The notes below the pieces were generated by a model. The model was not told the origin of the DNA and made no database searches. It saw nothing but the letters and a program-made list of their open reading frames with translations. A stretch of 51,389 bases of DNA, filler included, from Sphacelaria rigidula (Eukaryota), in the NCBI GenBank assembly GCA_964200075.2. It is 4 parts of 4 records of this genome, joined end to end, with 100 filler letters (N's around TTAATTAATTAA, not from the genome) between each part and the next. Parts side by side here need not be neighbours in the genome. Positions count along the whole stretch, not along the records: positions 25,749 to 38,519 come from CAXNAA020003430.1; positions 38,620 to 51,389 come from CAXNAA020003431.1; 2 more parts are not named here. The stretch is one strand, 5' to 3'. Both the position numbers and the translations under genes were made by a program. This document shows, piece after piece, positions 37,466-49,376 of the stretch (position 1 is its first letter; every line of letters begins with the position of its first letter).

Positions 37466-37935
37466 CTGTGTTTTTTGGCGAAAATTGAAAAGAGAGAAGA
37501 AAAATGAACACAGAGTCTGTCAGGTTTGAAACATCTAAATGGGTTATTACCGTTATAACTGCGTGTACATGACAGGGCGTTCTCTTTGTCGGGGTATATA
37601 TATAGGCACTTCTCGAACGCGAGTATCTCGACAACTATTATTGGCAATGTTTTCGTGGACATCTGTCGACTGGCGCGATATTGGCTCCCGGAGCACCCAT
37701 ACATCTCATTCACGTCAAGCGACAGCGCCGTTAGCAGTACCGCACGACCAGTATAGTACAGTACAGTTGTCGCCTGGATGATAGCATTCAACCTTGTCCA
37801 TAGGTTCTGCTCCGAGTTTCCGAGGATGGTGTGGGTAGGCGTACGTCGCAGCAAAAACTCAGTAACGATACACTCCTTTTTATTTTCCCAGCTCGTACGA
37901 GCTGGGCCAGCCGAGAAGCGATTGTGCAGTTTGCA

Positions 37936-38208
37936 GGCCCATTATACGGCCGATCCTTGGAGTTCGACCCTGAAATTTGGTATGGACAATGAGTAGGGCA
38001 TAATAAAATAAAAAATACTGGCGCACACAAGTTTTTCTCTTCTTTTCCATGAGTTAGGGGCATTTTACCGATATCTGAAAACTGATTATTGCCCTCAACC
38101 CATGAAAAAAAAAACCTTGTGTGCGCCAGTAAATTTTTTATTATGCCCAACTCATTGTCCACACCAAATTTCAGGGTCCAACTCCAAGTATTGGCCGTGT
38201 AATGGGTT
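37936..38208. mobile_element. Foldback MITE (PIF/Harbinger-like termini)
   Basis: CCCATTATACGGCC..CCCTGAAATTTGGT.TGGACAATGAGT is mirrored by ACTCATTGTCCACACCAAATTTCAGGG..GGCCGTGTAATGGG. Arms about 120 bp. Confidence 0.8.
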
Positions 38209-38519
38209 GTTTAGTGTCAGGGTCAGAAGAAATTCGGAACAGTATTACGCAGGCCATTTACCGGCACATGTTTGGTGTTTTGTGTATTGAAATCTTGTGT
38301 GGGCGCTCTTTAAGGCATAATTAACAAAACAAAGTGGGTCAGGTTGCTTTTTTCAATTGTTTCCACTGGTTTAGGGCGTTCTACTATGGTAGAGACCATA
38401 TTTCACGAGAACGCCCTAACCTCTCAAAGAAAAAATGGAAGGCTCATTTTTTTTTAATTCGGCACTCTTTTGTGGTTCTCCACACCAAAATTCGTCGCCA
38501 TCCGCTTAATGCATCGATC

Positions 38520-38619
38520 NNNNNNNNNNNNNNNNNNNNNNNNNNNNNNNNNNNNNNNNNNNNTTAATTAATTAANNNNNNNNNNNNNNNNNNNNNNNNN
38601 NNNNNNNNNNNNNNNNNNN
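38520..38619. other. Artificial contig linker 3
   Basis: N44 + TTAATTAATTAA + N44. Confidence 0.98.
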
Positions 38620-39377
38620 CAGTGAAGGCAATAACAATGACACAGCATCATACCTTGTCAGTAGAACACATGCCACTAACTTACAGCGCGCAGAGGCGAA
38701 GATTCCGTGAGAATCTGGCGTTGTAAACACAAGTACGAAGCTGTTTTCCCCCATAGCGGCAAATATACCGCTATTGAGGACTCATTGGCGGCTAAATCAC
38801 CGCTATATGGGTATAGCGGAGTTGCCCTGAATAACGGCAATTTTGCCGCCTGGCACTACATGCCGCTATATCGGGGCCGCTACTGTATGAGACTGCTTCC
38901 AGCGCACAGACATCGCTCGTCTTAACACTGTGATTCATTTGTGTTTTCTGGTCAGGATCCAAACTAGTCGTTGTGAACGAACTCGAAGGATCGGAACGTA
39001 GCGGAAATTGAAGTTTACTGACCGTGAGTGTCCCAATCTAGTTGTAGGAAAATTAACCGGAATACAACTGATGAGTAGTCACAGCGGATGGGGTCATTGG
39101 TGGGGTAGCAGAGGTTTGACCCCGTAGCACATGCTCTGAACTCAGACCGTATTGAAGGCACGACGAGGTTAGCAGCGGCTGAGATCCCACCCGCCGCGAT
39201 TTAACGGGGGGCGGGGGGGGGGTGACGCGGTGGCATATTGGTGGAATACGCGCGTTTTAATTTCGAGGATCCTCGGTCAACGTCAATCGCACCATCAGTG
39301 GACGTGGTAGCCGGCCGCTTTAGGCTGGACAAAGGGACAGCCCAATACGGACACAAAAGTGATAACATGTGAGATTG

Positions 39378-40035
39378 GGATCTGTCCAGCGTCCGTCCGC
39401 TCAGACAACACGGCTGCTTCAAAATTAGCTGTATTGTGCTGCGCTACACTGTTATGTGCATGTACGAACAAGCACGCACAGTACACGTTTTGTGAGTGTT
39501 TCATGCCCGTGTACTCAGAACCACATACCCTACCCGATCTGTCCTTGCGGTTTGCGTCTACTCCTTTGGTATTGACTCGACAACGAAGAATGAAAACGTC
39601 GTTAGAAACCCCTGTGGACTAGGTTTAAATTCAAATGCGAAAAAAAAAGTTAGATTCGAAAAATAAAAAGAACCTTTGTAAATAAACTGTAACCTTCAAT
39701 TTGGCCCAATACAGAATATAATGACGCTTCCAACGGCACATTCCAATTGATTGAATCAATAAAGCTCTTGTGATGAACCGTGAGATCAATTGAAAAAAAG
39801 GGTTTCTAGTAACGTTCATATTCTTGGTTGTTCAGCTAACACCCGAGGAATAGAGAAAAACCAAGGGCAGGCCGGGCAGGGTATATAGTTCTGAGTACTC
39901 GGGTATAAAACACGTCGTAAGTGTACTGTGCGTGCTTGTTCATACATACACATGGCGCAGTGCAGGACGGGGCAGGACTGGACAGCTTATCTTGAAGCAG
40001 ACGTCTTGTCTGAGCGGACGGAAGCTGCACAGATC
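39378..40035. repeat. Diverged inverted repeat (arms ~39378-39555 and ~39855-40035) around an AT-rich spacer
   Basis: CCGTCCGCTCAGACAA..GAACAAGCACGCACAGTACAC..GTACTCAGAAC is mirrored by GTTCTGAGTAC..GTGTACTGTGCGTGCTTGTTC..TTGTCTGAGCGGACGG. Confidence 0.75.
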
Positions 40036-41737
40036 GCTTGGAGCACATGACGGTATTGATAGATAGGCGCGATACAACTAGCGCACAGTACAACGCGATA
40101 CAGTACAGAGTCGTTCGGTGCAGCCGCCAGCCGCCAGCCGCCAGCCGCCAGCCGCCAAGAAATAATATGAGTGTCTTCCGTCTCGGCACAATTGAACGCA
40201 GCAACACGTCATTCATTACATTAGGTACCAAAATGCAAAGGGGAGAGAGTGACGTCGGTGCTGCACACCGCCACCAGGTCCTCCACCGAGTCAATCATCA
40301 TGCGCACCCCTTTAGGGAGAGAGCATTAGTCTGGCTCTGTGGTCGTATGGAGCGTATCTTTCATATACGCCTCAAATATCTTTTACCTTCTACTTGTTGC
40401 TATTGGTTCGTGTTTCATGCCGCAGCGCTGTATACACACACAAAACGGAAGCGGATCCCGACATGGCCCCCCCGAAGCGGTACCTCCTTCTACGGTGATT
40501 AGATCACTGGGTCAGCATCTACAAGACGGACGATTATGATATTACAGCATCATGACAAACCGTTGCCGGTTCCCACCGGCGCACAACCAACTTGGTCGGG
40601 ATCCCGTTGAAACCGTGGCGGGAGCGTCCATAATACGCATGAACATATTTTTGAAAAAAAACGTAAATGCACTCTTCGGCAGTCATGTGCGGTCTCACTT
40701 AGCGAATCATTTTTCGATTGAAAGAGTGCGGTGGAAAACAGAAATCCCGATCTGATGGATCGTGCTCTCAAGATAATTGACGATGGGTGAAATCACGACC
40801 CATATATATATTTTTTTCACACCGCGCATTTTCGATCGAAAACAAGGTGTTAGGAAGCCGTGTCTCAGGTCGTGTCTTATCAAATTATGTCGGTTTCGAA
40901 AACGTGCGGTGGAATCGAATGCGCTCGTATCTGATACGTCCAAGGCATTCATATTTTCAGATGGCTTCAAGTCTATTTTACAGTTATTCGCGCGCGACCG
41001 GAAGGGTGAAAAACAGAAAAGCTACGCGGTGGGAAAAAACGAAGGGGCACTTGACTCTTACCTTGCAGACAACCACGCCAGATACCATGTTTTCACAGAA
41101 CCATGCAATCCCGACACGGTCCTTTCTCAGCTACCATCCCAACCCTGCAGCATAGGTCACGACTTGAGCACAGTACATACAGTGAAACATACACTGCAGT
41201 TAGAGGGAACCAACACTATGACTCTCTCGGCATGATGTGTTTTTTTGTTGGCGAAAACTTGAGCATCTTAGTTCGTGGTAGGGTCCGGAAAATTACCTTT
41301 CGGTCGAAAAAGTGGAGTGAAAAATAAACTTTCCGAGCTGATAGGTCATATCAACACAAGTGACGACATAATTGACGATAAATCAGATCTGATCATATCT
41401 CTTTTACCGCACTTCTTCAATAGATTTGTTTTTTCAAAGACGCGCCCTTATCCTAAAAAAACAAAATCTTTCATTTGCAAAAGCCCGCGTTGGAAGCAGT
41501 TCACGCTGTTCATGGGTGTGTTGCACAAGTCCACACACTCGTTATGCTTGATGTGGATGGTAACGCTGTCAAGCAGAATCGACAAGTGGGTCATGTCGGT
41601 AACAAAAATCGGAGAGAAGTTGGCTGTCTGCATCAACGGTTCAAAGTGGCTTGATACAGACCCCCTCCCCTCTGGCCTGGCGGTCCAGTGAAAACCCGAC
41701 GCGCTCCGTCCCGGCTTGATAGGGACAGACCCCATAT

Positions 41738-42230
41738 GGGATTGGCGTCGGTTGGCAAATGGCGCTGTAAAACACGTCACTCATTGGGCAAGCTAGGCAA
41801 CCAGATTATCGCTTGTTTTGCGTGATTACGTCTTTTTTTGAGGTAACCATGATGGTAGTCGAAATAGATAATATAATGCGGGGTGGGGGAACCTCAATTC
41901 CGGGCAAAGGGGATGATCGTACTACGTAGTGTTTAAATGGTGAGATACCCATGAAACAGTGTGTAAGCCGTGGCTGTCTCTGGGCGTGGCCATACCAGGA
42001 TACGAATAAACTCGTTGGAGGCTGTCATTCAAATGCAAGACAATTAGTACGCTGCGGGCCGAACAATCTTCGTAGGATGTAGCTCACCCTTCGTGCGACT
42101 CGCGGAGCACACAACAGCGCTTGGCGCTTGGCGATTGATTACGAATCTGGTCCAGCGAAAAGCCGGCGTGCTCCGTCCCGGCTTTTGTAGGGATGCGAGG
42201 TCAATGGTCATATGGCTACGGCATGCAACA
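41738..42230 (+). repeat. Dispersed ~490-bp repeat family, copy 3
   Basis: Aligns by eye with the reverse complement of 19765-20255 over its length. Confidence 0.75.
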
Positions 42231-42419
42231 TCATCACCCCTTCCCCCCCCCACCGCGCGCACCTCTACTAGAGTGATCACTTCCGGGTGCCTCTCAAAAT
42301 GCTCCGAGATATTTGAGACGAACGTGGTCCCCACACGAGAGACAGTTCGCGCGTGTCGTCGAATAGGACACATCAGGAACAACATTTCGCCACGCACGAA
42401 CGGGCCTAACATTTGTCTT

Positions 42420-42792
42420 CAGTTTATTCTCCACGGTTGTCTGCACATAATCCGTTGTGTTAGGTTGATTTTCGCGGCTGTGTAGACGTAATCCGTTGTG
42501 TTCATTTGTTTTTTCACGGTTGTGTACACACAATCCATTGTGTTCAGTTGATTATTCGCGGTTGTGTAAATGGACATACTCGATTGTGTTCAGTCGATTC
42601 TTCGCGGTTGTGTAAACATAATCGGTTGTGTTCGATCGATTCTTCACTGTTGTATACACATAATCCGATGTGTTCAGTTGATTCTTCGCGACTGTGTGAG
42701 CGTAATCCGTTGTGTTCAGTTGATTTTTCACGGTTGTGTAAACATATTCGGTTGTGTTCAGTTGATTCTTCGCGGCTGTGCAAACATAATCC
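42420..42792. repeat. 42-bp minisatellite, about 9 copies
   Basis: Consensus approximately CAGTTGATTCTTCGCGGTTGTGTAAACATAATCCGTTGTGTT. The overlapping ORF translations show 14-aa periodicity. Confidence 0.9.
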
Positions 42793-42863
42793 AAAGTTAT
42801 GACAGAAGTAAAACACATAGAGCGGTAGGCAAGTTATTTCGGTGCTTTTTTTTCTCTCGTTTA

Positions 42864-42972
42864 CCCTTTGGCCGCGAGCGTAGGCGATCTGTTGAATCGG
42901 CGCCATTTAGTCTTATTTTTCAGGTGTAAATTATGTCGATTCAACAGATTGCCTACACTCGCGGTTGAAGGG
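42864..42972. mobile_element. Tiny piggyBac-like MITE
   Basis: TTTA|CCCTTTGGCCGCGAGCGTAGGCGATCTGTTGAATCG ... CGATTCAACAGATTGCCTACACTCGCGGTTGAAGGG|TTAA. CCC/GGG ends with a TTAA-type target. Confidence 0.75.
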
Positions 42973-43467
42973 TTAACCCTTCGCCCACGAGCCTAGGTCA
43001 TGCGTAGAATCAACATCCATTTCACTTGAAAAATTAGCGCATGGTCACATGACCTACCCTCGTGATCATCACGGCCTCAGCCTTCGCCTTAGACAATATC
43101 AAAGTATTGTTCACCCATGAACATGGAGTGAGGTCGCTTCTCTATTGTGGTTGTATTCATATTGAAAACCGTTCCGATATCTTCCCAGTACTCTGCACTG
43201 GGCATCTGATGCGGACGCATTCCGCGGCCACTCCAAAATAGGGTACGAGGTGGGCCAGCCTAGAAACGGATTTAAGCTCTCAAAGAAATATCTCATCAAC
43301 ACAGACGAGTTGGGCCATGATCCTCATATCGCATAAAACGTCTAATCAAGGGGAAGGTGCCCATCTGCATAAAAATCTGAGCCAGTATACAGAGTTGCGG
43401 AAGATGCTTTTTTTTTTTTCATCATAGTCAAAGTGCAGAGTGGAAGCTTGGAAACTTCAGAGTGAAC

Positions 43468-44684
43468 TAGGCTTTAGTTCCGTATGCGCGTTTTTTGCTT
43501 GAAATTGAGCTCCAATTGTATTTTTTATAAGCCTTTTTAGCGCAAATTAGGCGCGCTTCATGCGCCTTATCCCCGTTCTTGTTGTGGCGTTGTGGCAGTA
43601 GTATATCGCCTCACGAGGCGCGCCTTCTAGCATGAGGACAAGACGACAACTTGGGCATTCGAAGTTTTGTTGATTATTCATAATTGAAAAATGAAGCTTT
43701 TCTTCAGTTATTGAGTTTGGAGACCACAATCTGCATACCTACACGCTATAACTTACGTACGGAAACAATAAACGCCACTACACTTACGATACTTGATACA
43801 ACAGTACGGCATTGTAGCCTCTAGACACAGGGCATTGCAGCCTTTGGCCTCTCGCCCAGCAAGCTACAAGCTACAAGCTACAAGCTACCACCAGCACCCC
43901 CGCATTATCTACCGTCAGTCGAAATTGAAAATCTTGTCGAACTACCGGTATCGATTGTACTTCATCATAACTGCGGATTCGAGCCAGTCAACGCCTTCTC
44001 CTGCGGGGAGTTCAAGCACCCCCTCAAAATCGAAAGCACTCGCTCCATGGACGCGGACGATGGCTGTAAGTACAATATTCATCGCCACGAGATACCAACT
44101 GGGAAGCCTGTTCTTGTTGTCATCTCAAAACGACAGCGAACCGTACTCCGAGGGCGCGCCTGAGGCCGCGGCCAAAAAGTCGTTCTTCTCGGACAGTAGG
44201 CCCGTCATGACCTCGTGAGTTACAAACGCTGACATCACTCGTCATCACTTCTCTATGTTGGTGCTGCTGTCTGCTGTACAAAGTACAAGTGTATAATTTA
44301 TTTCGTATATTGTCATATTTTTGAAAGCAACACAGTACCATGTGTCTTAAAAGTAAACTGGAGCAGTCTGCTCATCAGACCCGCAACAAAATTGGAACAC
44401 GGAACATAACCATGGAAAATTGAAAATTGAAGTATTGCTTGTTGGAGCCTGAAGCCTAACGGCTGTCGGCCTGTCTGGTGACGAGTTACGCCACATGGAG
44501 TATTTACGAGCAAAAATATCGCAACTTTATGCGCGTTTTATGCGCGTTTATGCGCGTTTTAAGCAAGTGGAGCTCGTTTCGAGCACGTTAAGCCGATTAT
44601 AAGCTTAGCGCTAAACAGGCCTATTTAAGCTAAAAAAAATGAAATTAAGGTAAACTTTATGCGCGCATACGGAACCAAAGCGTA
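43468..44684 (-). mobile_element. Internally deleted hAT transposon
   Basis: TIRs TAGGCTTTAGTTCCGTATGCGCG / CGCGCATACGGAACCAAAGCGTA. Degenerate 8-bp TSD GAGTGAAC / GAGTGGGC. TATGCGCGTTT subterminal repeats. Contains a hAT C-terminal remnant. Confidence 0.85.
43942..44214 (-). pseudogene. hAT transposase C-terminal dimerisation domain remnant
   Basis: With one stop and two frameshifts: LSF*DDNKNRLPSWYLVAMNIVL / QPSSASMERVLSILRGCLNSPQEKAL / WLESAVMMKYNR. Matches the hATC pattern W....LP.....QPSSA..ERVFS. Confidence 0.85.
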
Positions 44685-45369
44685 GAGTGGGCGTTCAAAA
44701 TTACATGGCGGAAGCTGATGTGACGTGGCTTGACGTGATTCTTTTTTGCCACAGTGATTGGCCGCAGGTTGCCCCGCCAAATGTACGATCGACCAGCGTC
44801 CACTTCGAAAGTGCATAGGCCGGCACAACACTGACTGTACCGCACCTACCATACACTACGCTTCTGTGAGGATTTTCTCTACCAGGTGGCACAACCCGCT
44901 AGGCCTCATATTCCGACGAAAATCTCCCCTGTATCACTAAAACAATATGCATTTGTATAAGAGATCATTGTGTACGGTCAGCAGGAGCGGACTGATGGGT
45001 TGGTAAACCTGTTCACTTTTCGCGCCGCATTTTTTACTTCTAAATTTCAAAATTTCCATTTACTTCCCTTGCTTTCAACCATTCGTCCCAAAGGGCACGG
45101 AAATGGTTGAACGATGACCAAAGAAACGAAGAACAGTGCCGAGTGATGACGTGGATCGGCCAGGTCTATGTATACATCAGTGGGCTTTACCCTAGTTTGG
45201 CGCCAAAAATACCACCACGATGGTCGAAGACATTCTTGCTTGTAGTTCAGACATCGCATTCGGAACTAGGTCCGAAACGCTCGCTCAGCGTGTGATCAGC
45301 TTGTACAGCACGGTATATCCGTCTCGTTGAATCGGCCACGTGTTCACTAGGGAAAACACCGATTCGACA

Positions 45370-45800
45370 ACAGTACTTGCAGAATCGGGACCGTGTTCAC
45401 TAGGATAATTTCCAAGATAATAATATTTCCAGGTTTTAGGTCACCTACCGAGTAGCAACTGTTGTCACTGCAGTCTTGGCATTGTGATTTCAGATGGTCC
45501 ATACGGGCTAGTACGAGTTTTTTTGTTTTTACTCCTTGAAGCCCTCCGTAGACTGTCAGGTCTTGACCAGCCAGCGCTCGAAGGGTCAAACCTCCGTCAT
45601 TATATGAGGATTTTTGTATTGAGAGAGATTCAGCTTTCAGCTGTAGCAGCCGCATCAAGGATGGACGGTCTGAACCGTAAACATGCACACGCCTGCCTAG
45701 TTCCGCCGCGATACTGCAATATACTCCGTATATTTCATTGAAGTTGGTAGAGATGTACAGTAGTTGTGATGAATGAATGCGGAACAACTCGAAGGCCCAT
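45370..45800 (-). pseudogene. Possible Ty3/gypsy integrase C-terminal remnant
   Basis: 'AESLSIQKSSYN', 'KKL' with frameshifted 'YGPSEIT', and 'SDNSCYSVGDL' resemble QK.YYD...KL..RW.GPY.I...Y.V.DL. Degenerate. Confidence 0.3.
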
Positions 45801-47605
45801 GAATTGAATAATATACAAGCTACTTTCAGTCTAAATGTATTTGATACAAACACATACGCCTCACGTTTCGTTTCTCCCCGAATATCCTGTATATACCAAC
45901 CGCCACGCAGGGAATGTGTCGTCGAATTAAAAAAAATTCTTCTGATATTTTGTTGGTGGTCATCTGGTAGGGGTGATCTGCTCGTACAAGTATAAAACGA
46001 ACGACCAAAAAGGCTGTTTGCCAACAGTTTGTTTTCAAGAAGTGGCGTCAACATCACATATTGCGGGGGAGACGCCTCTGTGACGCCCAGGCGGGTACGA
46101 AAACAAAAAAAGTGCTCCACATTTTTTCAACAAAACCGCGACCGATAAGAGGCGGCTGACGGCCCGGTTCCATCTATATACGTTTACCGTACTCGTAATA
46201 ATCGTGGTGCTTTCTTGGTTTGCAAGCAAAATCGGAACAGTTGGTTCAGTCAAGAGCCTTCTTGGTTAAACAATCGAACAAAAGACCGGGCGCAGTCTCC
46301 AGGAGAATGCACATGTCAACCATCGCCAAATCCAATGGTTGAAACGTACACATGATTGATTTCAGTGAGCGTTAAAAGACCGCGGATCTCAAGGGAACCC
46401 GACGGTTTTGATTGCTTGCGTGTGTCCGCCAGCGAGGTGGGTCAACCGGAGTTGGGGTTCCAACCCAAGGCATACCGAGAAACCTCGGAAAAGGGAGCTG
46501 CAACGGGTTCCCCGGTCAAAGTGTGGCGTTGGTAGAACTCCAACTGGCACCAAAGGTGCCGATTTGGACCAAAACGCGCTCTGGGCACGCTGGGCTGGGA
46601 GCACACGAGGCTGTCCTGCCCCACTAAAGATCCGATTCACCATCTTGACACTCCAACGAAGTAAAATCAACTATAGGGTAAATTGTAGCCGAACTCAAGC
46701 ACACACAACGGGTGTTTTTTCTACGGCAGCTGATTTGAGCTCTGGCAACCCATGTACCCTTCACGTCGGATACCCTCTGCAGACCTCATGCCTGAGGGCT
46801 CTAGATCGACTTTGGGCTTGGGTGTGAGTCGTCAGCACAAGAACACGGCCGTGTAGGTTGATCCTTCTGAAATTCACAGGTTATCGGTCACGCGGAGTCG
46901 GCAGTAGCATAGTCACCGTACAACAATCGGTAACTAAAAGAGCACAGCGAGTGGTGGCAACTATAATGCAGCCCTACGCATTGGGCACCTCGGGGCCGGC
47001 ATGATGCGGGACACACATCATATGATTTTACGTACTACTGCACAGTACTGCACACAGACAGGGTGAATCTATACTCTCCAATGGGTGCGCTGGGTTTTGG
47101 TTGCAACCCTGAACAAATCATGTGTCTCTTGCTACTACGTATACCGGGTGGAACGTGGGATTGATACATATCTGACCAGCATCACATGGAGAATAATCCG
47201 CGCCTTCCGTTTCGCAGTTCATTAGTCAAGAGGAGAGCAGAGGGCAGTCATCACAATAACGGCACAGTCGGTAGATCGACGCCCCCTTTGCGATATGCTC
47301 ACATGTGCTTGGCTTTCTCGATGGAACACCCGGTCTCCTCCCGCTTTCCGGAGCGCCAATCAGTTGGTTGCAAGAGTGCGGCGTTTGATGTACTCGTCTT
47401 GATGGGTCAGGCATCTTTCAATCTCGGCCTGCTGAAACATGGTCATTTTTTTTAAGGGTAGGATTGGCATTCGATACTTCCACGTCTTACTGTCATCAGT
47501 GACCCGATGTTCCGCCGCATACAGGCGCTGAGCACACTCCACAATGCAGAATGAAGTTCTGGGGTTTCCATTCTGCATTTGCCCCACAAAGAATATAAAA
47601 ATATA

Positions 47606-48642
47606 CTACCTCTGGCCGAGAATATAAGGCCGATAAGAACACAAAGCGGTTTATCTTGGGCCCATCATACTTTTTTCCAGAACGTTTTTTTTATTGGTTT
47701 TTCCGAACCGACACGGAGCGGCCAGAACCGGTGTTTTTCAAAAACTTTGACGAAACACGTTGCCCTACCCCAACAAAAGTATATCGAAATCACCACCCCA
47801 GCTTTGAACACCCGGTCAAAAGCCTTTTCATCTTCTGGTGAGGTATATCCGCTGCTGGGAGTGCCTCCCAGGTGCCACAACGAACAACGTTTCCGTGAGA
47901 TTGAAAGTAGAGCGCGGATTGAGAGTGGCTTTGTCATTCGCTTCAACTTGGCCATTTTTTCATTCCGTGTGTGCTTTTCTTTACCTCCATCACTGCCATG
48001 TGCCTTACAGGTGCACGTCGATATCCTACTCAGGGATAGCAAGCGCCTCAGTGGCAAGCTACTTCAAAAATAATATCGGACATCATGGAGGGACATTTCG
48101 GAACTGAAAAGAGTCATTCACGCATTGACCGCTCTTCACTCTCAATCTTACGAAAACGTTGTTGACGCAAGAATCTCAACGATTTGGAAACATCTGCGGT
48201 GATCCGGTACCTACTCGCCGGCAGCAAGGACGGGGTTCTGAAGCGAGGTGCGTACAAGGCAGCAGCGGAGGAGTTCGGCTGCGGATGGAAGTCGATCAGC
48301 AGGTTGTGGAAGAAGTACGATCAGCAGCATAAAGCAGGCGTTGCGCACTCACAGCTGGCGGGCGTGCACATTCAGCGTCCGCACTTCGTTTCTCCCGTGG
48401 CCGGGTGCATTCAAGCTGGATTTTCCCACGATTTTCACCTATTCGGGGATGCTAACCAACCATCCCCTCCCGTATCGAGCGGATACATTTTTTTTATCCA
48501 ATTTGATACTCGATCATACACCAAACTTATCCGACGTCCCACGTGGCTGACTTACCCGATATGGAGGATACAGGACATATCGGACATATCGGCCTTATAT
48601 TTCGGATATCCTTATCGGCCTTATATTCCCTGCCAGAGGGAG
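47606..48642 (+). mobile_element. Non-autonomous mariner-like element (plant-type DD39D / Stowaway-like TIRs)
   Basis: 32-bp TIRs CTACCTCTGGCCGAGAATATAAGGCCGATAAG and (reverse complement) CTCCCTCTGGCAGGGAATATAAGGCCGATAAG, 3 mismatches. TA TSD at 47604-47605 and 48643-48644. Confidence 0.9.
48166..48365 (+). pseudogene. Mariner transposase N-terminal HTH remnant
   Basis: RKNLNDLETSAVIRYLLAGSKDGVLKRGAYKAAAEEFGCGWKSISRLWKKY resembles the N-terminal HTH of DD39D mariner transposases (LL..S..G.LK.G.....A..F......I.RIW). No catalytic domain. Confidence 0.75.
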
Positions 48643-49032
48643 TACTAAACAAGGCGACCCACCTGTTCTTCGGTTTTGGCCACCTTGCCACTCACTCTAT
48701 GTTGTGAGTGGGTGGCCAAAACCGTAACAATAAGCACTCACGTTGTCCTCCCACCACTTATTATTCCTGTCCCCAAGAACGGAAAGATGACTTGAACTAA
48801 TTCCTACAACGCTACATCGTACTGTAATATGTATGCAATGAAGAATAGTGAAGTAAGTGCGTACGCACTCAGGGACTGTCTATATCTTTCATCTTTACAA
48901 AACGAGGAAAATAGGCGGAGCGCGAAGCGAGCGTCGAAAATCAGCATGTTGTTGGTTGGTCGCCGCCAGCAGAGGTCGGTCGCTCTGGTTGCCGCGATCA
49001 ATCAACAACATGCTCTTTTGCTTGCGTTGTGT

Positions 49033-49376
49033 TGTGTGTGTGTGTTACCGTCCCGTCTATTCCAGACCCCGGTCTACGCCTTTCGGTACAACACACAGGA
49101 GGAAGGTCAACGCAGGGGCATTTTTCATTTATTTGTTTGTAATACCCCACCTTCCTTCTACGGTGCTCGCCTTTATTTTTTTATCGCGTGAGGGGTCCAG
49201 CAGTTCCTTCCCCTCGTCGACCGTTACGTCGAATGTTATACACCCACGACATAGTCGCTCTCCACTGTCGGGCATGGTGCGATAAAAAATCCCGGATCGC
49301 TCCGAGAATTGAACCCACGACCCAACCATCAGAAGGCGTCGAGGTTACTTATACTGAGCCACCGGGGCGACCGGCT
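49033..49376 (-). mobile_element. tRNA-derived SINE (head resembles tRNA-Arg TCT)
   Basis: Minus strand AGCCGGTCGCCCCGGTGGCTCAGT (A-box)...CCTTCTGA...GGGTTCAATTCTC (B-box), then a ~250-bp body and an (AC)n tail at 49033-49046. Confidence 0.8.

Noticed and set aside
42420..42792. CRISPR-like array
   Set aside because: The units are contiguous 42-bp tandem copies with no unique spacers. There are no cas genes and the context is eukaryotic.
45347..46120. 257-aa intact gene or endogenous viral gene
   Set aside because: Non-ATG start and no recognisable intact domain. It is better explained as a decayed retroelement fragment, and no NCLDV marker is visible.
49290..49376. Functional tRNA-Arg gene
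   Set aside because: Acceptor and D stems are degenerate, and the sequence continues into a SINE body with an (AC)n tail.
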